Shown: positions 1-9,801, counted from the stretch's first letter. The stretch is DNA of 32,000 nt from Trichodesmium erythraeum IMS101 (GCF_000014265.1 NC_008312.1:4170001-4202000); one strand, 5' to 3'. The notes: generated from the sequence alone by a model not told the origin. Made by a program: numbers and translations.

Positions 1-1
1 G

Positions 2-607
2 GGAGATATGGGAGATTCTCACATGGGTCTCCAAGCTCGTTTAATGAGTCAAGCACTACGGAAAATTACAGGAAATATTGGTAAATCAGGTTGTACAGTA
101 GTTTTCCTCAACCAACTTCGCCAAAAGATAGGTGTTGTTTATGGTAATCCAGAAACTACTACTGGTGGTAATGCTCTTAAATTTTATGCTTCGGTTAGAC
201 TTGATATTCGTCGCACACAAACTCTCAAGAAATCTTCAGAGGAATATGGTATTCATGCTAAGGTCAAAGTTGCTAAGAATAAGGTCGCTCCTCCATTCCG
301 CGTAGCTGAATTTGATATTATTTTTGGTAAAGGAATTTCTAATGTCGGCTGTATTATTGACTTAGCCGAAGAGACAGATGTAATTAAACGTAAAGGTGCT
401 TGGTATAGTTACCAAGGAAGTAATTTTGCTCAAGGTCGAGAAAAAGCTATTGCTTATATGGAATCTAATATTGACTTTGCCAAAAAAATTGAAAAGCAAG
501 TTCGAGATCATTTAAGTCAAGGTGCTTTGGTTTCTGCTAATTCTGTGGCACGGGTTGATGAGATAGAAGAGGATGAAGATGAGGATGAAGCTCTAGAAGA
601 AGAGTAA
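2..607 (+). CDS. recA: RecA recombinase, C-terminal ~200 aa (5' end lies upstream of the window)
   Basis: The frame is open to the window edge. Translation contains [16 protein letters not shown] and [25 protein letters not shown], plus the acidic tail [15 protein letters not shown] typical of RecA. Stop codon TAA at 605-607. Confidence 0.97.
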   Translation, partial: GDMGDSHMGLQARLMSQALRKITGNIGKSGCTVVFLNQLRQKIGVVYGNPETTTGGNALKFYASVRLDIRRTQTLKKSSEEYGIHAKVKVAKNKVAPPFRVAEFDIIFGKGISNVGCIIDLAEETDVIKRKGAWYSYQGSNFAQGREKAIAYMESNIDFAKKIEKQVRDHLSQGALVSANSVARVDEIEEDEDEDEALEEE

Positions 608-614
608 ATTTTAG

Positions 615-729
615 GGCGTTGGTGAATCAAGTCTATGAAAATTAAATTTGGCCAAAGATAAAATTCTTTTGAATTAATAGTTAGGGGATTATTATTAAAC
701 CATAATCACCCGCCAAAATCACCAACGCC
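615..729. repeat. 11-bp perfect GC-rich inverted repeat (GGCGTTGGTGA at 615-625, TCACCAACGCC at 719-729) enclosing 93 bp
   Basis: Read directly from the sequence. It lies in the convergent recA/hydrolase intergenic region, and the right arm is followed by AATTTTAT. Confidence 0.6.
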
Positions 730-842
730 AATTTTATCTGTGCCTAAGTGTTTCATCATTGCCTTAATTGAACTTCTAATTATAAACAATTTTGCATAGG
801 GTAGAACAATAGGCACAATTAAATAATTTACCTAAATAATGA

Positions 843-1718
843 TTATTTTTTTCTCAAAAAATTCAGCAACTCCCTATTTACTGTGTGGGGAACTTCTTGC
901 TGAATCCAATGACCACAGTCAGGAATAACTTTTAACTGGAAAGGAGCAGCAATTAATTTATCTAAACCTTCTGTAAGTTTTTGGCTTAAAAAATAATCTT
1001 CTTTACCCCATAAAATTAAAGTAGGTGATGTAACTAGTTGTGGCTTATTAAAGTTTTTTAGCCAGTTTTGAGGCCAAAGAAATTGACGATAGTGATTAAT
1101 TGCAGCTACTAAAGCTCCTGGTTTCTCTAAAGCTGCCTGATAAATCTGAGTAATTTCAGCAGTAAAAGCACTTTTACGAATTGCCTGTCCTTGGAAAAGT
1201 CCTTTGATAAATTCTCCTAAGTTTTGCTGAATTACCCATTCAGGAATTCCAGGAACTTGAAAAGCTAATATATACCAACTTCTGCGTAATTGATCTAAAT
1301 TTCCTAGCAGTTCTTGAACGAATTTTTGTGGATGAGCTGCATTTAAAATTGCTAGACGGTTTAAATGTTGAGGAAATTTTTGAGCTAGGTGCCATGCGAT
1401 CGCTCCTCCCCAATCATGGCCAACAATATGCGCCTTAACATAACCGCAACGCTCAATTAGTCCCCGAATATCAGCAGCTAAAGTATCTAAGTCATAACCA
1501 TTATCTGGTTTATCTGAATCATTGTAGCCACGTAAATCTGGAACTACAACCTTAAAATGACGTGCTAATGCAGGCATTTGATAACGCCAAGAATACCAGA
1601 ATTCTGGGAAGCCATGAAGGAGTATAACTAATTCTCCCTCACCTTGAGTCACACAATGCAGGCGAATATCATTAGTGTCTATAAAGAAATGTTTCCATTG
1701 AGATTCTAGAATATTCAT
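843..1718 (-). CDS. alpha/beta-fold hydrolase, epoxide-hydrolase/haloalkane-dehalogenase-like
   Basis: 291-aa ORF with ATG start. Motifs seen: HGFPEFWYSWRYQ (oxyanion region), GHDWGG nucleophile elbow with Asp, and C-terminal DCGHW catalytic His. Confidence 0.85.
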   Translation of the reverse strand: MNILESQWKHFFIDTNDIRLHCVTQGEGELVILLHGFPEFWYSWRYQMPALARHFKVVVPDLRGYNDSDKPDNGYDLDTLAADIRGLIERCGYVKAHIVGHDWGGAIAWHLAQKFPQHLNRLAILNAAHPQKFVQELLGNLDQLRRSWYILAFQVPGIPEWVIQQNLGEFIKGLFQGQAIRKSAFTAEITQIYQAALEKPGALVAAINHYRQFLWPQNWLKNFNKPQLVTSPTLILWGKEDYFLSQKLTEGLDKLIAAPFQLKVIPDCGHWIQQEVPHTVNRELLNFLRKK

Positions 1719-2586
1719 AGTTTGTTATCAACTCTCCTATCTTGCCAAACTTCTTCAAAATCAATTAGTAGTAATTTGTTGTCAGCTAATGCTAAAAATT
1801 TAACTTGTTTTTTTGTACCTATAGATTAACATCTGGCTCACGTAAAATTTGTTCCTTAGTAACGAGCCTAACATTTATTGTCTAAGTTAAGGGAATAGAG
1901 AATCCGAAATATATACCACCATTAAGTAGTCTCTAACTATCCTCAAAAATGCCATAATATTAGTTACTTTTTAATTTTTATTCCAGACAATATTAATATA
2001 TAGAGTTTTTGATCCTTTGTCAGATATACTTATTATATCTTTGCTTTTTCTTATTCCCAGTTAGGGTTTTCCCTAAAAACTAGAACTAAGTCTACCTACT
2101 TAATTATTATAGAGTGAGTATTTACAGCTAAAACTTAACCTTTAAAAACTATATTCGGATACCGGAGTTATACGCCATCTTATTTATTTGTGTGCAGTCC
2201 ACTAGAACGAAGCGATTTTAGAGTTATCTAGTCTCTAATTGCATACATTAATATATTTATTGAGCCCTTCAAAAGCTTTGAAACAAAGGGAAGTCAAATA
2301 AAAAATAATACTATTAACTTTTGTAACTAAACACTAGGTTTTTAGATGTTAATAAATAAATATAAGTACCTACAAAAAATTATTTGCAAAGCGTGATGTT
2401 TATACAATGATTGAATTTCGGCTTTTAAAGTGTGTAGTTCCTAATTATTTACCCACTTATTCATAAGAAATATAAGAAATACAAAAAATTATGCTACTTA
2501 TGAATCTCCCTATCTATAAATCACCCAATCTTTTGATCAGTCTTTAGTCGCAAAGATTAATGTATTTCATCTTTCAAGTACATTAT

Positions 2587-2615
2587 CTGCGTTATAACCA
2601 TAAGGTTTAACGCAG
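2587..2615 (-). terminator. stem-loop just downstream of the 2628-2993 gene (CTGCGTTAtAACC / GGTTTAACGCAG, loop ATAA)
   Basis: 12-bp stem with one bulge, starting 13 nt after the stop codon. There is no clear U-tract, so it could be a stability element rather than an intrinsic terminator. Confidence 0.3.
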
Positions 2616-2627
2616 GGTAACTTGATG

Positions 2628-2993
2628 CTAAATGCCCTTATTCAGGCTTAGATATGCTTGCTGGAGTTTATTGGGTTTTTGACAAGGCTGAATCTGATTT
2701 TTCAGCAAATTAGCTAGTTCTTGTAGCTGACTAATAGCTTCAGTTCCTTCTAATTTCATTAATTCACGGTCATCTCGCATCTCTGTCCATGTAATACCAT
2801 AATCTGAGACGAGAAAGCGAATCTGATGGTTTTCTCCCAAGCTGACCATAAATGATGCACTATTCATTTGACCTCCACAAGTGTAACAGGATGCCAAATA
2901 TCCTCTCCTCTCTAGCACAGTTGCTAGAGCTTGTAAATTCATTACTAGGTCTTGTATAAATTGACGATGTTGTTCTGTAAGTCTCAGAAACAC
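2628..2993 (-). CDS. conserved cyanobacterial hypothetical protein (121 aa); possibly the family annotated DUF1815, name recalled with low certainty
   Basis: GTG start preceded by a strong SD (TAGGAGGAT, 6-nt spacer). The sequence FIQDLVMNLQALATVLERRGYLASCYTCGGQMNSASFMVSLG matches my memory of a cyanobacteria-restricted small protein. Confidence 0.7.
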   Translation of the reverse strand: MFLRLTEQHRQFIQDLVMNLQALATVLERRGYLASCYTCGGQMNSASFMVSLGENHQIRFLVSDYGITWTEMRDDRELMKLEGTEAISQLQELANLLKNQIQPCQKPNKLQQAYLSLNKGI

Positions 2994-3302
2994 AGTTATC
3001 CTCCTATCATCACATCCTTAGATTCTCAGAGCCAACGAATTTTGTCAATAAACCCTGGTCAATTCTCAATAATCTCTAGTTTATTGTGCTTTTTTATACT
3101 TTCCCTATAATGTTTTTAAAATTAAATAAACACTATATATAGGAACCAGTCAATTAGATAGTTTTTTTTTCTTAGATTATAGAGTTTGTCAAATAAATTA
3201 TTATAAAATTTTAATATTTAACCTATAAAATAGTCTAAACTCAATGATCCTTTCTCGGACATCTTTCAACTAGTCTTACACAATATATACTTTATCTTAA
3301 CT

Positions 3303-3338
3303 AAGATTATAGTTGATACTAGTATCAACTATAATCTT
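3303..3338. repeat. 36-bp perfect palindrome AAGATTATAGTTGATACT|AGTATCAACTATAATCTT
   Basis: Verified base by base; no mismatch. Confidence 0.95.
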
Positions 3339-3536
3339 CAGCTAAACCATTGTATTTTCAGGCATAAAACCATTAACTTTAAATTCAGTGAAATTACTGA
3401 TTTAAAAACTCAAAAATGTAATTTTGGATACTAGTCTTAAATACAATAATTTAGCTGAATATTGTATTTTTAGGCATAAAACTATTAAATTTAACTTCAG
3501 TAAAATCACTGATTTAAAAACTTAAAATCTGAATCA
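3313..3536. repeat. degenerate ~112-bp tandem repeat, 2 copies (3313-3424 and 3425-3536)
   Basis: Both units start (T)GATACTAGT. Both contain AGCT[A/G]AA..ATTGTATTTT(T)AGGCATAAAAC.ATTAA.TTTAA.TTCAGT.AAAT.ACTGATTTAAAAACT.AAAA. The right half of the palindrome is the start of unit 1. Confidence 0.75.
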
Positions 3537-3785
3537 TACAAATAATTAATCATTACTATAAGTAAAAAGATATAAAAACTCATTTAATATTTTAATTTTA
3601 CAAATTTGTCTGAGTTTATCTTAATTTTTTATTTGAAAAACATCAAAGTATGTGTTTATTTTGACTGATTTATGAGTTAATATTCTCTGCATTTAATACA
3701 ATCAATATCCTTGAGAATGACTAATACGACTAACAAAGAATAAGTCAAGATTTTTTGATTGCGTAATAATTAGTAATAATTAAAT

Positions 3786-3998
3786 TTATTCAATTTGCCA
3801 CCATCCAAAAGCAGGGCCAATAAATCTAATTATTAACCAGGCAACAACAAGGAGTCCAATACCTATCCATGCACCAGTTGTAGTCAACTGCATAAATTTT
3901 TGACTTTGACTTTTAGTAATTGGTAGCCAAGAAATAAACCTTGCTTCTTGAGCATAATTTTCTCCAAGTGCTTCTTTACGACGCTTTGCTTCACCCAT
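3786..3998 (-). CDS. small membrane protein (70 aa from ATG; DUF2839-like, MGEAKRRK N-terminus and one TM helix)
   Basis: The track ORF starts at a TTG (4010). The internal ATG at 3998 gives MGEAKRRKEALGENYAQE..., the usual N-terminus of this cyanobacterial family as I recall it. C-terminal hydrophobic segment GAWIGIGLLVVAWLIIRFIG. Confidence 0.65.
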   Translation of the reverse strand: MGEAKRRKEALGENYAQEARFISWLPITKSQSQKFMQLTTTGAWIGIGLLVVAWLIIRFIGPAFGWWQIE

Positions 3999-4531
3999 AA
4001 ATGATTTCAACCTTTATTTAGTAATTTATATCCAATCATAACAGTAGTAAGGGTTTACTGAAAACGTCTTTTTCGGGGGTAGGGAGTCAGAAGAAATGGG
4101 AATTAATGAGGAGGTAGTCGGATATATTTGTCCCTTGTCTCCCTATGCTATTATTAGCCTAAAATGCTTTTGGGACTACGCAACCCAGGACTTTTTTTTG
4201 CCATAAAATACTACAGCCTAACGTAGGTAGCAAAAATTACTAGCTTTTTGGTAGTTCAAGCCCATATATGGAAATAATTTTGGGTATATCTAGGCAAACA
4301 AATTAGGGGACAATTCTTACTACACCAAACCTAGTAACCGGGCTATTTATATGCTCTGACCTGCTCACCTGCTGACCTACAGAAACTATCATCCCATTAG
4401 ATAATAGATATGCTAACCCCAAATATACTTAAAATTGAATTAAAAATCCTAGTTTTTGGGTTATACAGCAATTTGCTTTAATTTAAATCCACATAATCAT
4501 TAATCCTACTTCCTAATCCCTATTCCCTAGT

Positions 4532-6070
4532 TCAAATTAACCATGTAGTATCCAAATAATCAATTTTGGCAAAAGGACTAAGAGCTGTTAAAATTTGTTG
4601 ACCATAACTACGACGAATCACACGACTATCTAACAGCGCAACGATGCCCTGAGATTCTCGCACGGGTGTAATAGCACGTTGCATATCTTGCAGTGCTTTT
4701 GGTAAAAGGTATAATCTAAACCAATCTAAACCTTGTTGCTTGTAAAAATTGACTCGCCCAGAGACTAAAGGATGTTCCAAAGATGGAAGGGGCAAAGTAG
4801 CAATTATCAATAATTTAGGTGGTTTGAATTCTTTTTGATGTTGTTGCCAAAACTCCCAACCAGTAATTAAAATTCCATTTTCTTCACTAAAAACAGTTTC
4901 CACTTGGACTCGGGAGCCAAATTCAGAGGCCAAAGTAGTTCCCACTTGACTTTTAAGTGGTACATCTCCAATGAGAAGCACTATTAATCTATTAATAACA
5001 CTGGAGCTAATATGCAATAGAGTCCGAATTTCTGAAATTAATGCTGGTTGAAATTGAGGTGTATTCGGCATTGGTAAGCTATTGGGCAAATATAGTTGAA
5101 TCATCTCATTGTGACGATCAGGAGAAAATTTAACACAAGTTATATTCCCTAGTCCCATGTTCTGTCTATAGGTATCAGCTTTTGCTTCTAGGTCTAATGC
5201 TCCTCCAATAATTACTACAGGTTGTTTAGTCCAAATATTCTTTAGAGCTTCAGATAAATCATAAGGAGTAGAGTATAAAGAAAACGATCCTCTCTGGCGA
5301 TGAATTTCTGCCCACCTGAGTTGTCCATTGCTTTGCCACTGATACCAAAAATTATGATTTAAATTATGACTCTGTAATTCTTGATTTCTTAGAGTTAATG
5401 ACAAACCTTCGATGAGATTTTGTAAAATCTGTTGCTCATGTTGTTCAATTAAGTAGCAACTGTAGGGATTAGCTGGATGTTGAAAAAGTGATTTTGTTAA
5501 GTTTACCCTTGTTTCACGAATCAAGTCAGCTTGATCGGGATAAAATTGCATCAATTGATTCCAATTAGTGGGTAAAAAGCTTGTGGTTAAAAAGCTTTGT
5601 ACCCAGTTTTCTAAATAGTCTGCCCAATCAATAATTGTCGGAATACCTTTAGAAAAGTGGTCATCTTGGCATTGGCTCACTAACCAAGCTTTGGGCTTCA
5701 TCAGTAGTAGTCCATTAAAATCAGGCTCTTGTAGCGGATAGATTTGAATTCCTTTTTTACTAATTGATGAACTAATCTGAGAGTTACTTGCCATTAATTT
5801 GGGAATTTCGACAGTTATTAAATGTTCTTGGACTGGCTGAGGAGCAACTAATATTGTTTTTCTTGGCCACATTAATACTGGTAACAGATAACTTAATTGA
5901 TATTGTTGATTACGGCTACCTGGAGGTGAAGCTGTTTGAATTAGAGCACTACGCCCCAGTCGCAAAGCTCTTGCCACTAGCCGTGCCATTGTTAAATTAT
6001 GAGGCCAGTGAGGTTGATTTTGCGATCGCAGAAAATTTAACAAGGATTGATGGACTTCTACTTCGATCAC
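4532..6070 (-). CDS. DinG/Rad3-like helicase-family protein with degenerate ATPase motifs (512 aa, GTG start)
   Basis: N-terminal HWPHNLTMARLVARALRLGRSALIQ and C-terminal GIVALLDSRVIRRSYGQQILTALSP resemble the DinG family. TASPPGSRNQ occupies the Walker A position and IIDWAD the DEAH position. Confidence 0.7.
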   Translation of the reverse strand: MIEVEVHQSLLNFLRSQNQPHWPHNLTMARLVARALRLGRSALIQTASPPGSRNQQYQLSYLLPVLMWPRKTILVAPQPVQEHLITVEIPKLMASNSQISSSISKKGIQIYPLQEPDFNGLLLMKPKAWLVSQCQDDHFSKGIPTIIDWADYLENWVQSFLTTSFLPTNWNQLMQFYPDQADLIRETRVNLTKSLFQHPANPYSCYLIEQHEQQILQNLIEGLSLTLRNQELQSHNLNHNFWYQWQSNGQLRWAEIHRQRGSFSLYSTPYDLSEALKNIWTKQPVVIIGGALDLEAKADTYRQNMGLGNITCVKFSPDRHNEMIQLYLPNSLPMPNTPQFQPALISEIRTLLHISSSVINRLIVLLIGDVPLKSQVGTTLASEFGSRVQVETVFSEENGILITGWEFWQQHQKEFKPPKLLIIATLPLPSLEHPLVSGRVNFYKQQGLDWFRLYLLPKALQDMQRAITPVRESQGIVALLDSRVIRRSYGQQILTALSPFAKIDYLDTTWLI

Positions 6071-6774
6071 AGACTTTAAGTAAAGTAATAAAAGCCGTTA
6101 ATAAAATCAGCTACTTTATTGTCAGAAGGTAAAGAGAGTTTCATTTTTACAGATTTTTTTCCCAAAATTTAGGATTGCTACTTACTACTCAACTCTTGCA
6201 AGTTAAATTATTTAACTGAACTTTATATTGATTATTTACTTATAAAAATTCAACCTCATTAGGGTTAATAATTAGAGCTAGAGTAAGCTTCTTTACCTTT
6301 TTAGCCATATAGGTGCAAAACATTGATTTAGCGATTTCTATACAATCTCTAAAATAAGAGAGATAATTGAAGCAAATAGCTCAAAATATACTCCACCTAA
6401 GGGGGAATTATCATTTATAACCAATATAAGCAATTATAAAAACTACAATTAGTTTAACCTGGTAAAGCTTTTATTATTTTGATAGGGGTGGGGAAGTTTA
6501 AATTTAAAATTAACTGATCAGAGATTGAAAAAAAAGTAATTTTCCTTGGAGAATACTTAATAATTTTTTTAACAAATTTTTCCATAGCAATTTCTAATAT
6601 CAGCTCCAAATTTTATGGACTCAAATCCAGTTCTTGAAGTTATTCAGCAATTTTTTTGACAAACTAATTAACTAATTAGCAAAAATTATCTAAGATGCGA
6701 GAAAAAATAATCGCTGAGAAGTTAGTTATTATATTTTTTTTCTCAAAATCAAAATTATTCTATAGAGATTCAAT

Positions 6775-8355
6775 TTATGGTTTATGAAAGCCATCAATAA
6801 AATCAATAATTGTATTGATAGAATATGGTACTGTTTGAGGTACTTGAATTCTGACTTCTCCTTCTGTACTTTTACTAACTTTATTTACTATTCGTTTACC
6901 AAATCTAGGGTGATGATAGACATGAAAATTTTTACCGCTAGAATTAATTACAGTTATTTTTGTTGGAGTCTGAAAAAACTGAACTCCCCTACAAAATTTC
7001 AACAAAACTTTGTCTTTATTAATTTTATTTACTTGTTGAATTGATTTATTTAAAACTGTACTTAACTGCCGAATTATTTTAGCTACTATAGGAGTTAAAG
7101 AATTGAAATCATGAGAGTTAAGTATCTTCATGATTTTGATAATATTTTCTTGAGTTTTATAACCATCAAGAAAAGGTAGAACAGTGATATAAGCAACAGC
7201 AAATATTTTTTCATCGCTGTTCATTGAAAAAGAAATAATTGTTCTACAAGAGTTAACTTCTATACAAGGAGGTTGATTTATATCTGGTAAATACTTGCTA
7301 ATTTGATAATATGTAGCAGCTAGAGCATAATGGCTAGAAATATCTAAGCGAGTATCAACAATTATCTTCACTTTAGGAAGAGTCTCGTGAAAGAAACTTT
7401 TAATTTTCAGAGTATTGAGAGTATAAACTTGAGGTTGATCTCCATTAGGGCTCAAATCAAGCCAATCACAGGTGACAGCTTCTGTTTTAATCCCTAGACG
7501 AGAGGTACCAAAAATTTTTGCCCCGGTTAAATTTGCTCCTGTTAAATCTGCTCCAATCCAATCTACTTCAATTAAACAGGCACTAGATAAATTAACATGA
7601 ACTAGGCTAGCATTTAAAAGATTAGCTTGGAACAAGTTGGCTCTACTTAAGTCAGCACCACTCAGTTTTGCATCACTAAGATTAACACAGTTCATTTGAG
7701 CGCCAGTCAAAACAGCCCAACGTAGATTAGCCCCGCTTAAATTAGCACCATTCAAATTAGCACCAGTCAAATTACTTTTTCTCAATTCAGCCCCACTAAG
7801 GTCTGAACCGCTGAGGTCTGCACCACTCAGGTCTGCTCCTTCCAAATTGGCCTCTATTAAATTAGATTCTGTAATAAAAGCAAAACGTAAGTTAGCTCCC
7901 TTTAAGTTGGCACCACTAAGATTAGTTTTTCGGAGTGTGGCTTCAACAAGACTTGCCCCACTTAAATCAGCTAAGGAAAAATTTGCCCCACTCAGTTGCG
8001 CTCTAATCAATTCTGCCCTAATCAATTTAGCACCAATTAATTGAGCTCTTTTCAAATTAACTAGAACTAAGTTGGCTACATTCAAATCAGCACCATTTAA
8101 ATTTGTACCACTCAGATGAGCTCCATTAAGTTTAGTAATATTAAGTTTAGCTTTACTCAGATTAGAATTAGTTAAATTTGTACCACTTAGGTTGGCAATA
8201 CTAAGGTTAACTCCACTAAGATTTACACCACTAAGATTCATTCCAGCGAGATTGGCCTCAAAAAGATTGAGATTAGTAAAGTTTCTTTCACCGGCTGCAT
8301 ATTTTTCTTGAAGTTCTTCGATTATCATTAGGGCGCACCCTGGTATCAAGCCCAT
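6775..8355 (-). CDS. pentapeptide-repeat protein (~290 aa of A(D/N)LxG repeats) with an uncharacterised ~235-aa C-terminal domain
   Basis: Long run of ANLSGANL-type pentapeptides followed by a non-repetitive C-terminus. The first ATG (8355) is 6 bp from the divergent tyrA ATG. ATG at 8328 (MIIEELQEKYAAGERNF) is an equally plausible start. Confidence 0.9.
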   Translation of the reverse strand: MGLIPGCALMIIEELQEKYAAGERNFTNLNLFEANLAGMNLSGVNLSGVNLSIANLSGTNLTNSNLSKAKLNITKLNGAHLSGTNLNGADLNVANLVLVNLKRAQLIGAKLIRAELIRAQLSGANFSLADLSGASLVEATLRKTNLSGANLKGANLRFAFITESNLIEANLEGADLSGADLSGSDLSGAELRKSNLTGANLNGANLSGANLRWAVLTGAQMNCVNLSDAKLSGADLSRANLFQANLLNASLVHVNLSSACLIEVDWIGADLTGANLTGAKIFGTSRLGIKTEAVTCDWLDLSPNGDQPQVYTLNTLKIKSFFHETLPKVKIIVDTRLDISSHYALAATYYQISKYLPDINQPPCIEVNSCRTIISFSMNSDEKIFAVAYITVLPFLDGYKTQENIIKIMKILNSHDFNSLTPIVAKIIRQLSTVLNKSIQQVNKINKDKVLLKFCRGVQFFQTPTKITVINSSGKNFHVYHHPRFGKRIVNKVSKSTEGEVRIQVPQTVPYSINTIIDFIDGFHKP

Positions 8356-8361
8356 TGTATT

Positions 8362-9213
8362 ATGATTAATATAGGTATTGTTGGATTAGGTTTAATTGGT
8401 GGCTCAGTTGGACTCGATTTAAGAACCTTAGGTTATCCTGTTTTTGGGGTATCTCGTCGAGAACAAACTTGTCAAAAGGCGATTGCTCTTGGAGCTGTTG
8501 ATGAAGCTAGCTTAGAACTATCTTTGCTATCTATTGCTGATTTAATATTTATTTGTACTCCCATATCCTATATTATCCCTACTTTAGAAGAGCTTATTCC
8601 TTTTCTGTCTCCCTCAGCAATTCTAACTGATGTGGGTTCTGTTAAGGTACCTATTGTTGAAGGTGTTTCTAAAATTTGGCCTAATTTTGTTGGTGGACAT
8701 CCTATGGCTGGCAAAGCAGAAAGTGGAATTGAGTTTGCTCAATTGGGTTTATTTGAAGATAGACCTTATGTACTGACTCCTAATGAAAATACACCTCTAG
8801 AGTCTGTAAAGAAAGTTGAGGCAATAGCTAAGTTGCTCAAAAGTAAAGTTTATTTTTGTGACCCTTATGAACATGATCGAGCTGTTGCTTGGATCTCTCA
8901 TTTGCCTGTAATGGCCAGTTCCTGTTTGATATCTGCCTGCATGAGTGAGAGTAATCCTACTATTGTTAAGTTAGCACGAGAGTTTGCTAGTTCTGGTTTC
9001 CACGATACTAGCCGGGTGGGAGGGGGTAATCCTGAGTTAGGACGAATGATGGCTGAACATAATTGTCTAGAGGTTTTGCGATCGCTAATTTCTTTTCGTG
9101 ATGAAATTGATGAATTGATTCAGTATATTGAACGAAAAGATTGGCAGATTATTGAAGAAAAGTTAAGGTATACGGAGCAAAACAGAAGACTCTTTTTCGG
9201 TAATAAAAATTGA
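8362..9213 (+). CDS. tyrA: prephenate/arogenate dehydrogenase
   Basis: N-terminal Rossmann motif IGIVGLGLIGGS; GSVK and GGHPMAG motifs; HDRAVAWISHLP, typical of the TyrA family. 283 aa. Confidence 0.9.
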   Translation: MINIGIVGLGLIGGSVGLDLRTLGYPVFGVSRREQTCQKAIALGAVDEASLELSLLSIADLIFICTPISYIIPTLEELIPFLSPSAILTDVGSVKVPIVEGVSKIWPNFVGGHPMAGKAESGIEFAQLGLFEDRPYVLTPNENTPLESVKKVEAIAKLLKSKVYFCDPYEHDRAVAWISHLPVMASSCLISACMSESNPTIVKLAREFASSGFHDTSRVGGGNPELGRMMAEHNCLEVLRSLISFRDEIDELIQYIERKDWQIIEEKLRYTEQNRRLFFGNKN

Positions 9214-9713
9214 GATTGAAGAACAGGTTAATTGCAGTTATCACCTTATTAGTACTTCGGTTAAGCAGCCTAAAATATATAGGGGGGAACATTTTTTTAC
9301 CTCCTGTAAAACTTATTCTCAGAACATAATTTATCAAAATCTTGTTGTGGTTACCCAAGGATTAAAGTAGCAATAAACTGCCCCTAATTTCTCTTTGTAA
9401 GGATAAAAGGGAGAAAGAGTATATTATTTAACACCATTTAAATCTTGCAAACATTCCCCACAAAAAAAATGTCTTAAAAATATATCTTGATTTTTTTTAG
9501 CCAGAAAAAATATTCTTCAATATCTAAATATAACTTTTCTATTTTGTCAAGTTTTATCTAAAAAAAAGATATTTATAAAGCATAGTTTTAAAGGAGAAGT
9601 TTAAAACATTATTTTTTTTTCAAGTAAGGCAGGAGTAGGTTTGGCAAGGTATAGGAGACAGGGAGCAGCAGCAACTGGTGTGGAATTCAAATTTGCCTGC
9701 TTGACTCCTAAAT

Positions 9714-9801
9714 CCTTAAGTCTGAGGTCTAAAGTCTGAGGCTTAAGGCTTAAAGTCTGAGGCTTAAGGCTTAAAGTCTGAGTTCTGAGGTCTGAGGTCT
9801 C
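9714..9801. repeat. heptamer-based short tandem repeat (STRR-like): GTCTGAG/GCTTAAG/GCTTAAA units, including two perfect 21-bp units at 9734-9754 and 9755-9775
   Basis: Read directly from an intergenic region. About 12 consecutive heptamers. Confidence 0.85.

Noticed and set aside
3313-3536. Possible CRISPR array (also considered for 31596-31705 and 9714-9801)
   Set aside because: There are only two copies per locus, the units are either far longer or far shorter than CRISPR repeats, there is no repeat-spacer periodicity, and no cas genes are in the window.
5788-6132. 114-aa ORF on the plus strand
   Set aside because: It lies almost entirely antisense to the 5' part of the DinG-like gene, and the protein has no recognisable features. 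It is a by-product of AT-rich sequence.
6784-8044. Plus-strand ORFs 6784-7044 and 7847-8044
   Set aside because: Both are antisense to the pentapeptide-repeat gene. The second is simply the reverse reading of the repeats (LAPLK-type periodicity).
9281-9310. AGGGGGG-N12-CCTCCT hairpin ~70 nt downstream of tyrA as an intrinsic terminator
   Set aside because: The stem is only 6 bp including a G.U pair, the loop is 12 nt, and no U-tract follows on the tyrA strand. Its resemblance to the RTX terminator stem may be coincidental.
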